64,000 nt of DNA, taken from assembly GCA_035518095.1 (NCBI GenBank), contig DATIXX010000035.1:30430-94429 (forward strand), read 5' to 3'. Made by a program: the position numbers and the translations under genes. Positions 18,113 through 25,711 of this stretch are shown in pieces (positions within the stretch are counted from its first letter, which is position 1; the number at the start of each line of letters is the position of its first letter). The stretch is from Burkholderiales bacterium. Lineage in GTDB: Bacteria; Pseudomonadota; Gammaproteobacteria; Burkholderiales; JAHFRG01. The notes below the pieces were generated by a model that saw nothing but the letters and a program-made list of their open reading frames with translations, did not search any database and was not told where the DNA came from.

Positions 18113-18936
18113 AGGAATGCCAGATAATGGTTTTACGCCCCGTTTACGCCGTGATTGAACGCGAAGTGTTGAAACTCTTCCGCCAGCGCTCCCGCTTGCT
18201 CGCGGCGATGGTGCGGCCGATGATCTGGCTGCTGGTTATCGGCGCAGGCTTTGACGCCATGCTTGGCCGTTCCGGCAATTTGAGCTACCAGTATTTTCTC
18301 GTTCCAGGAGTACTAGGAATGTCCATGCTGTTCGGCGCGATGCTCGCCGCTCTTTCCACAGTTTACGACAAGGAGTCCGGGGTGATGCGCATGCTGGTGA
18401 TTGCACCGTTCGAGCATTATTGGATTGTGATAGCCAAGACCTTAAGTGCAGCGCTTGCCGCCGCGCTCCAGGCGCTCATGGTTCTGGTGCTGCTGTTTTT
18501 GCTCGGCTACTTGAGCAATGGCGTAAGGCTGCCGCTTCTGGCTTCGGGTATCGTATGCACATCGCTGGTATGCGCCAGCCTGGGGATGCTGATCGCCGCC
18601 TGGACCCGGACGCTCGACAATTTTGCGGTGATGATGAACCTGGTGATTTTCCCGGTGTTTTTTCTATCCGGCTCGCTTTATCCGGTGCAGCATTTACCGA
18701 GCGTGCTACGATTTGTCGCCAGCATCAATCCCTACACCTATGGCGTGGATCTCCTTAAACATGCGGTGCCGGCACTGCAGGAAAGTTCCTTCCATCCGGA
18801 TTTCGGGGTTCCGCTCGATATAGCCGTACTGCTGGGCTTTGTCCTGCTTTCAACCGTGATCGCATGCCTGCGTTTCTCGCGCGACACTGCGTACGAGCCG
18901 CTGATTCACATACTGGCGCGTAAGCGCGAGGATTGA
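18091..18936 (+). CDS. ABC-2 type transporter permease
   Basis: 281 aa with six hydrophobic segments. An alternative start, MVLRPVYAV, is at 18127. Overlaps or abuts the ATPase gene. Confidence 0.8.
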   Translation: MAGQKNLEECQIMVLRPVYAVIEREVLKLFRQRSRLLAAMVRPMIWLLVIGAGFDAMLGRSGNLSYQYFLVPGVLGMSMLFGAMLAALSTVYDKESGVMRMLVIAPFEHYWIVIAKTLSAALAAALQALMVLVLLFLLGYLSNGVRLPLLASGIVCTSLVCASLGMLIAAWTRTLDNFAVMMNLVIFPVFFLSGSLYPVQHLPSVLRFVASINPYTYGVDLLKHAVPALQESSFHPDFGVPLDIAVLLGFVLLSTVIACLRFSRDTAYEPLIHILARKRED

Positions 18937-19129
18937 TCGCGGCTACGCGCGCCGGAAAAACCTCCAGATTTCGGGTTTGAAAATTTCAACCGTGTTTCCC
19001 GGCAGCTGCCGTTTTAGACCCGGCCAGAAGCACAAAAAAATCGAGCATAGCTTTTGCCTTCGGTTAGGGGAGCTCCGCAAGTCCGCACTTGTGAGCCGAT
19101 AAATTGCGTGCGAAACCGCAAAAGCTGCC

Positions 19130-20134
19130 TCACATTATCGTGCCTCGGTTATTCCGGTCTGCGCGATTGTTTGCGGTTCGGGCTTCCCGTGCCCGGCGGA
19201 TTTCGCGGCTTAATTCGAACACGGCCATGGCGTAATTGACGCTGCGGTTATAGCGTGTAATCACGTAGAAATTGTTGAGCGCAAGCCAGTACTGAGCTTC
19301 ATCACCGTCGCCCAATACGAATAAACTTGCCAGAATTTCATCGGGAATTTCCTGCTCGGGTGTAACGCCCATCTTTTGCAATTCAGCCACCGGCACGCGC
19401 GGCTTGACATCTGGCGACAGCAAAGGCGCTAATTCATCGCCGTTCTCCACCACGGCCACCGCGATCGGCTGACCGGGTTGCCAGCCGTAAGCCTTGTAGT
19501 AATTCGCGATGCTACCGATGGCATCCGCGGGGTCCTCCCACAGATTCAGCGTGCCGTCGCCGTTGAAGTCCACAGCATAGCGCCGATAGACGCTGGGAAT
19601 AAACTGCGGCAAGCCCATCGCCCCGGCATAAGAGCCTTTGATGCCCAGTGGATCGATGCGGTCTTCGCGCGTGAGCAGGAGGAACTGTTCAAGCTCCTGT
19701 TTGAAAAAACCGGCGCGCTGCGGGTAATCGAAGGCCAATGTGGTCAGGCTATCCAGCACGCGGTAAGCCCCGGTGCTCCTGCCGTAGCGCGTTTCTACGC
19801 CTATGGTCGCGACGACGATTTCTTCGGGAATGCCGTACTGCTGGCGCGCGCGCGCGAGTGCCTCCGCGTTGTCGTCCCAAAATTTAACCCCTTCGTCGAT
19901 GCGTGTCGGATTGATGAACCGTGCGCTGAAATCATCCCAGGACATTGAGGTCGCGGGCATGGAAATCGCCTCAAGGACCTCTGGATCAGGTTTTACCTGG
20001 CTGAAAATGTTGCGCAGCTCGCGTGGATTGAAATGATATTTTTCGGCCATCTTGTGGATAAAGGTTTCGATTTCAGGATCCAAACGCGCAGCATGACCGA
20101 TGCCCGGTACAAACAACACCGAGCAAAGCAGCAA
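19130..20134 (-). CDS. mltB: lytic murein transglycosylase B family
   Basis: 334 aa. Contains GVETRYG, GAMGLPQFIPS and NRSVNYAMAV. The true start is probably upstream of the TTG at 20134 (see findings). Confidence 0.85.
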   Translation of the reverse strand: MLLCSVLFVPGIGHAARLDPEIETFIHKMAEKYHFNPRELRNIFSQVKPDPEVLEAISMPATSMSWDDFSARFINPTRIDEGVKFWDDNAEALARARQQYGIPEEIVVATIGVETRYGRSTGAYRVLDSLTTLAFDYPQRAGFFKQELEQFLLLTREDRIDPLGIKGSYAGAMGLPQFIPSVYRRYAVDFNGDGTLNLWEDPADAIGSIANYYKAYGWQPGQPIAVAVVENGDELAPLLSPDVKPRVPVAELQKMGVTPEQEIPDEILASLFVLGDGDEAQYWLALNNFYVITRYNRSVNYAMAVFELSREIRRAREARTANNRADRNNRGTIM

Positions 20135-20473
20135 GGCGAAACGTTTTACCTTTGCGATTATTTGACGGCTCCTACCGTAAAGCCCGCCACAAAGCGGTCG
20201 ACAAAGGAATTATACAGTATGGCCATCGGAATCCTCACTATTAGGCACGCACCCATGAGCGAGCCCCAGAAATACACTTCGCCGCGCACCAGGAAGGTTG
20301 GCACACCGATGCTCACCGTGAGCTGCGAGGAAATTGGATATTATTGACTATTAGTGATGATTTGCATTTCCTAATATAGCTCATAAAGTCCATGCCTTAC
20401 AATTTTCCACATTGTGTAGTCATTTCTACTACAAACAGCATGACTTTTTCTCATTTTATGCGAGAATAATTTT

Positions 20474-21982
20474 ATGCCGAACGACCAACGAAAACTGGCA
20501 ACAGAAATTCACAAACTTACCTCTTACTTTGCGGGCCGGAGCGAAGCGGCACGCATTGCGTGTACTTTTGCCATGCTCGCGGCGATCGGGACTCTGGATT
20601 ATATAACTGGCGATAAATTTGACCTTGAAGTTTTATATCTGCTGCCAATCGCGCTGGTAACGTGGGCATCGGGCCGTAACGCCGGATTGGTGACCGCGCT
20701 GACCGCCAGCGGAGTTTGGTGGTTAACCGACCGCTATGTGGGTCATGATACGTTCCCGTTTTATTTTTTCTGGAGTTGGATAAGCATTATCGTCACTTTC
20801 AGTGTGGTGGTTATCATCATCGCCAAGCTGAAAGAAGCGCAAAACAAAACGCAGACTGCGCTGCACCGGAGCGAAGGGCGTTATCAAACTTTGGTCACGG
20901 CGGTGCCCTACGGCATATATGAATCTGATTTATCAGGAACAATTACCTTGGCTAATCCGGCCTTTCACCGGATACTGGAATATGCCGAAGGAGAATTGTA
21001 TGGAAAAAGAATTTACGATTTTTTTTCTTCCGACGCCGAGTGCGAAAAGGCAAAGCGCGACTTGCAAGATCATCTCGGCTTGCAACCCAACTCAACACCC
21101 TATTTCACAAAAATCAAAAAGAAAGACGGTGCGCTGGCCGACATCCAAGTAGACTGGGTTTATAAGCGCAACGAGCAGCGGGTAGTCACAGGCTTTATTT
21201 CGGTGGTTACCGACATTACCGACCGAAAGCTAGCCGAGGATCTCGCGCGGCGCCAACGCGAAAGGCTTGAGCTGACTTCACGCCTTATTGCCGCGAATGA
21301 GATTGCGTCAACGCTGGCGCACGAATTAAACCAGCCTCTTGCGGCCATCGCGAATTACAATACCGGAAGTATACGGCGGCTGTGCTCCGGCAAGTGGAAC
21401 CTGGAAGATGTGCTGGAAGCGATGGAGAAAACTCGCGCCCAGGCCGAACGCGCCGGAGGAATTATTCGTCGCGTGCGGGAGTTGGTGAACAGAAGAGAGC
21501 CAAATCGGGTGCCGAGCCGTATCAACGATATCATTAGCGACTTGGCCGGCATGCTTGAGTTCCAGGACGAGAAATCCGGTATCAAGCTGCTGCTCGATCT
21601 CGCGGCGGACCTTCCCTCGGTATCGATCGACCGTGGCATGATCGAGCAAGTCATTTTGAATCTCTTGAAAAACGCTCGCGAGGCAATGGGCGACACACCG
21701 TCTGGTAATCGGAAAATTTTGGTTCGCTCGGCCTTAAACGGAAACAACGCTGTGGAAGTTTCGATCCGCGATTACGGACATGGATTGCCCGAAGAGTTGC
21801 GCGAAAATTTATTCTTGCCGTTTTTTACCACCAAGCCGGATGGTATGGGCATGGGACTCAATATTTGCCGCTCCATAATTGAGTTCCACGACGGGAGGCT
21901 GTGGGCGAGCGCAAATCTTGGGGGCGGTAGCACGTTTAATTTTACTTTACCTGCCGCAGGCCATCAGCATGCAGGAGCTTGA
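20474..21982 (+). CDS. membrane PAS sensor histidine kinase (FixL/DctS-like HisKA)
   Basis: 502 aa. N-terminal TM bundle, a PAS domain, the H-box LAHELNQPL, and an HATPase domain (GMGMGL). Confidence 0.85.
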   Translation: MPNDQRKLATEIHKLTSYFAGRSEAARIACTFAMLAAIGTLDYITGDKFDLEVLYLLPIALVTWASGRNAGLVTALTASGVWWLTDRYVGHDTFPFYFFWSWISIIVTFSVVVIIIAKLKEAQNKTQTALHRSEGRYQTLVTAVPYGIYESDLSGTITLANPAFHRILEYAEGELYGKRIYDFFSSDAECEKAKRDLQDHLGLQPNSTPYFTKIKKKDGALADIQVDWVYKRNEQRVVTGFISVVTDITDRKLAEDLARRQRERLELTSRLIAANEIASTLAHELNQPLAAIANYNTGSIRRLCSGKWNLEDVLEAMEKTRAQAERAGGIIRRVRELVNRREPNRVPSRINDIISDLAGMLEFQDEKSGIKLLLDLAADLPSVSIDRGMIEQVILNLLKNAREAMGDTPSGNRKILVRSALNGNNAVEVSIRDYGHGLPEELRENLFLPFFTTKPDGMGMGLNICRSIIEFHDGRLWASANLGGGSTFNFTLPAAGHQHAGA

Positions 21983-22607
21983 CCCAAAAATATATATCGT
22001 AGATGACGATGAGGCGTTTCGCGATTCCTTACGCTGGTTGTTGGAGTCGAACGGCTTCGAGACCGAGCTTTTTGCCAGTGCCCAGCAATTCCTCAATTGC
22101 TTTAATTCTGCAAAGCCGGGCTGCGTGGTGCTGGACATCCGCATGCCGGGAATGACGGGCCTGGAATTACAGGAAACACTCAATAAAAAAGGAGTTCGCA
22201 CGCCGGTTATATTTGTGACGGGCCATGGTGACATTCCGATGGCGGTAAACGCGGTAAAAAGAGGTGCAATAGATTTTATTGAAAAGCCGTTTAATGAAAC
22301 TGCGATGCTGGAGCTTATTGCCAAAGCCCTGCTGCTGGACGCGCAATGGCGCGAAGCAGACAGTCAACATGCCATGATTCACTCGCGTTTAGCGAAGCTG
22401 ACCGCCAGGGAGCTTGAGGTCATGGAGTGCGTGATCGCGGGCAAATCAAATAAACTCATAGCAGAGCACTTAGGCATTACGGTCAAGACCGTAGAAGCGC
22501 ACCGCTCCAAAGTTATGGATAAAATGGAGGCCAATTCAGTTGCTGAGCTGGTTCAGTTAGTCGCCCATGAACGGCTGCGCAACCTCGACCATCAGGACCG
22601 ATTTTGA
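21969..22607 (+). CDS. FixJ/LuxR-family response regulator
   Basis: Start trimmed to MQELDPKIYIVDDDEAFRDSL, the ATG at 21969. REC domain plus HTH (LTARELEVMECVIAGKSNKLIAEHLGITVKTVEAHRSKVM). Confidence 0.9.
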   Translation: MQELDPKIYIVDDDEAFRDSLRWLLESNGFETELFASAQQFLNCFNSAKPGCVVLDIRMPGMTGLELQETLNKKGVRTPVIFVTGHGDIPMAVNAVKRGAIDFIEKPFNETAMLELIAKALLLDAQWREADSQHAMIHSRLAKLTARELEVMECVIAGKSNKLIAEHLGITVKTVEAHRSKVMDKMEANSVAELVQLVAHERLRNLDHQDRF

Positions 22608-22834
22608 CTGCCGAAACGGTTTCCTCTAAATAGCACTGCCGCACCGCCTAGTTTTCCGCAGCTTGTAATCATTCTCATTTCATGCAGCCATGCACTGGCT
22701 GGCGATTGCTTCCTATTGCGGGTTTTTCCCAATAGTAAAGACGGCCGTCTGAAATTAGCATCGCGATCTATGGCCCTAACAATCCATCCTAGTCTGGTTG
22801 AAATTTTGCTATCTCCGGATATCTTTGCTCCGCT

Positions 22835-23458
22835 ATGATTTCCCGTGCAATCGCGGTAGCGGTTTGTCTATCGATGTTTTGGAGCGCATCTGCGAGTGCA
22901 GGGGGGGGATTTCTGGGAATCGACCACCGCTGGAACAACGATGCGCACGGAATCTATAACCGTGACGTTCAAAATTTCGTGCTTTATTCCTTGGCGAGCG
23001 GGACGGTTCTTGGCGCAGTTTGGTTGGGAGGCGAATCCCGGCTTGGCAAGACGTTTTGGCAATCGCTTGACTCACAGGTGCTTGGCGCAGCGTCAGCGCA
23101 AAGCATGAAGATGATATTCACGCGCGCCCGCCCGAGTCAGGGAAACGACCCCAATGCCTGGTTTCAAGGCGGGTCCCACAACAGCTTTCCTAGCGGCGAA
23201 GTGACTGAGGTGAGCGCGGTCATCACGCCTTTTGTTTTCGAATACCATAAAGACTATCCTGCTGTTTACCTGCTCGAGCTCCTTCCGATTTACGACGGTG
23301 TTGCGCGGATGAAATCCCAGGCGCACTGGCAAACCGACGTGCTCGCCGGTTGGGCACTCGGTACGCTAACCGGCTGGTATGCCCATTCCAGGGACAATCC
23401 GCTGATACTGAACGTCCTGCCTCACGGATTTATGGTGGGCATCAAAAAATCGTTTTAA
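22835..23458 (+). CDS. PAP2-family phosphatase, secreted or membrane-associated
   Basis: 207 aa with a signal peptide. The PAP2 motifs are KMIFTRARP (KxxxxxxRP), SFPSGE (PSG(H/E)) and AHWQTDV (HxxxD). Confidence 0.7.
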   Translation: MISRAIAVAVCLSMFWSASASAGGGFLGIDHRWNNDAHGIYNRDVQNFVLYSLASGTVLGAVWLGGESRLGKTFWQSLDSQVLGAASAQSMKMIFTRARPSQGNDPNAWFQGGSHNSFPSGEVTEVSAVITPFVFEYHKDYPAVYLLELLPIYDGVARMKSQAHWQTDVLAGWALGTLTGWYAHSRDNPLILNVLPHGFMVGIKKSF

Positions 23459-23781
23459 CTGTCAGGTCTGATGCTACTTGGGAAAGGCGCATTCATTCGA
23501 CCGGAATCTCTCCATTGGAAATCGAACGGGGCGCGAACTCCGGGGCAACCTGGATTTAACGTTTCACCCGTGTCGGCGACTGGCCTGTTCGCGTCGTCTC
23601 TTAAACCTCGGCGTGTATCGGATTTTCGCGCGACTGAGTCGGACTTTTACAGGGAACGCTTAATGCCTGAAGTAAAAGTTCAAGCACCTTAAGCATAATT
23701 CGCTTCCGACCATGTTGTTCCAGGAATAATTCGGGATTCATCGATGAAACAAAAGTGAAATTGGAATGACCTATTCAAGTT

Positions 23782-23795
23782 TTGATCTAAGTCAA
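23782..23795. promoter_or_regulatory. FNR/Anr-type box (9/10)
   Basis: TTGATCTAAGTCAA, 82 nt upstream of the DUF2231 ATG. Confidence 0.6.
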
Positions 23796-23876
23796 TCATT
23801 TTTTTGCAAAGGTAATATTTAGATTGGGCCTGCGTGCTGCTCATATCCTAAGGGCGAAACAAATAAAGGTCGAACC

Positions 23877-24344
23877 ATGATTATCGATGTTGCGCGCGTC
23901 CATCCCATTCTCGTGCATTTTCCAATTGTTCTTTTCATTGTGGCCGTTGTGCTAGATATCTTTAACCTCAGCCACCGAGGTGATCTAAGTGAGGGTCAAT
24001 GCCTTCCGCTGCTCGCGTTGGGTGCTTTGTTTCTGGGCTCGTTGTTTGCTGTGGCCGCCGCGATGTTTGGCGATATTGCGCTGGACAAAGCGGTCGAGCT
24101 CGGTTTCCCCCGCGCTCCTTTGGAGCAGCACGAAGAATTCGGCCTCGCGACGATGTGGATTTTTATCGGTCTTACAGCCGTTAGGGCCGTGGCTTGGTGG
24201 CGCCGTTTTTCGTTGAACGGCTGGCCGAGCTGGGTCTTGTGTGGTCTTGGAGTAGCTGGCGTCGCGGTTCTTATTACCGCAGCGTACTTTGGCGGTGAAC
24301 TCGTATACAAGATCGGCGTCAATGTTGCGCCAGTTAAGCCGTGA
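23877..24344 (+). CDS. DUF2231-like integral membrane protein
   Basis: 155 aa with four TM helices. The N-terminus HPILVHFPIVLF is typical of that family. Confidence 0.6.
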   Translation: MIIDVARVHPILVHFPIVLFIVAVVLDIFNLSHRGDLSEGQCLPLLALGALFLGSLFAVAAAMFGDIALDKAVELGFPRAPLEQHEEFGLATMWIFIGLTAVRAVAWWRRFSLNGWPSWVLCGLGVAGVAVLITAAYFGGELVYKIGVNVAPVKP

Positions 24345-24720
24345 CTGCAAGGCATATGAAGCCGAGAATTCACGCATAGAAAGAAATCATCATCGCGGTA
24401 CCGCTACTGGTTGCCGGCTGGTTATTCGCAGGTTTATTTTATTTGATCGACAACCCTGCATTTGAAGCATGGACCGGTTCGGGGCACTATTTTACCTACG
24501 AAAGTTTAGCAGCTATCGTTCTGGTCCCATATTGTGTCGTATCCGTGGTTCGACTGCTCAGGTTCGTTTGGACCCGCATTTAATGGAAGGTGCCAAGCCG
24601 GGGCCTGGATCACGGTTGGCGTACGGGTCGATTTTTAATCACCTTTGTTGATAGCAAATAGATTTCAGTTATGTCGAGAGCTGTCGCGGCCGCAGCTCTA
24701 AAACTGCGATCGTCCTCGAA

Positions 24721-24825
24721 CGCACTGGCTACGCTAACCGGTTGATACGCCCATTCCCGAGACAATACGTTGTATCGAGTGTCCTGCCCTCACGGATTCA
24801 TCGCGGAAGTTAAAAAATCTTCTAA
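24721..24825 (+). pseudogene. relic of a PAP2 gene 3' end (degenerate copy of 23352..23458)
   Basis: Roughly 75% nucleotide identity by eye over about 105 nt, including ACGCTAACCGG, GCCCATTCC, GACAAT, GTCCTGCC-TCACGGATT and the terminal AAAAAATC..TAA. It has an in-frame TGA and a 1-nt indel, and no upstream remainder of the gene. Confidence 0.55.
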
Positions 24826-24887
24826 GCACGTCTGCCGCGAAATGATTTCCTAAACCAAATACTACCGGCGGTGGGAGCCTGCACCGC

Positions 24888-25655
24888 TTAGAATCCAATG
24901 CTCAACCCGCCGATTAGCTGGAAGCTATCCAGATCTGTGGTTGCTGTTCCATTCTCTGCGGTGCTCACCTGTGCTCGACCGCTATTAAATTTTGTCTCTG
25001 CGAACAATCCGACGTGCCGTAACACCCAGTATTGCACCCCGCCCAACACCTGATAACCAAATCCGGATTCCCTGTAAATTTGGTGGTTTTCCATATTGTC
25101 GACAGTATTTTCCGGGTGCAGGACGTAATAAGTCGGCCCGACACCGAAATACGGCTGCAGGCGGCCGTTGGGGTAAGCAGCACTGGCGAAATTCCCCGTC
25201 CAGCGGTAGATAAAGTCGAGTGCAATGGTATTCACGCCGTGGGTAATCTGGAACTGCTGCACGTACGTGTTCATGGGCACCGATTGATTGACCGGCACGC
25301 CTTTGATGGTGCCTGAAACCTGCACCACTTGGCCGGTTTGTCCGTAAACCTTATTGTGGGTGTAATCCAAGCCGAAGCCCCAGTTTGGCCAGCGTTCAAA
25401 AAAATAATTGATTCTAGCCCCGTAATAGGGCGGTGCGCTGAAAGGCTTGCTGTCCCAACTTACGTCGTGGAACGTGGCATTGGTGCCCACGGCGGGCTGT
25501 TGCAGGTGAATGTCGCTATTGAGGGTCCAAGACGAACCGCCATACACGGATAGTGTGGTTTCGGCCACAGCCACCCCGCCCCGCATGACGAGCAGCAAGG
25601 CCATAACTGCAAGCAACAAGCTTTGCAAAGATTTCAACATGCTTTGCCAGCTCAA
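24888..25655 (-). CDS. outer-membrane beta-barrel protein (family unresolved)
   Basis: 255 aa with a signal peptide. Alternating aromatic/Gly strands and a C-terminal ...GGLSIGF. Lies 56 nt downstream of mgtA on the same strand. Confidence 0.6.
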   Translation of the reverse strand: MSWQSMLKSLQSLLLAVMALLLVMRGGVAVAETTLSVYGGSSWTLNSDIHLQQPAVGTNATFHDVSWDSKPFSAPPYYGARINYFFERWPNWGFGLDYTHNKVYGQTGQVVQVSGTIKGVPVNQSVPMNTYVQQFQITHGVNTIALDFIYRWTGNFASAAYPNGRLQPYFGVGPTYYVLHPENTVDNMENHQIYRESGFGYQVLGGVQYWVLRHVGLFAETKFNSGRAQVSTAENGTATTDLDSFQLIGGLSIGF

Positions 25656-25711
25656 CTGAGATGCCGCTCAGGCTTTTAAAAATTGGCCCAATTCGCGGAA
25701 TCTGTTTTAAC

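Noticed and set aside
18998-19015. Palindrome CCCGGCAGCTGCCG + TTTT after the ABC-2 permease as a terminator
   Set aside because: The perfect palindrome has no loop, so the usable stem is only about 4 bp. That is too weak to call.
22739-22753. AGACGGCCGTCTGAA, which contains the exact Neisseria-type DNA uptake sequence GCCGTCTGAA within a 12-nt palindrome
   Set aside because: There is only one exact copy in 64 kb (about 0.1 expected by chance on two strands). The only other near-copy, TTCAGACGGT at ~13786, has a mismatch. The gene content is not Neisseria-like, so this does not support an uptake-sequence system.
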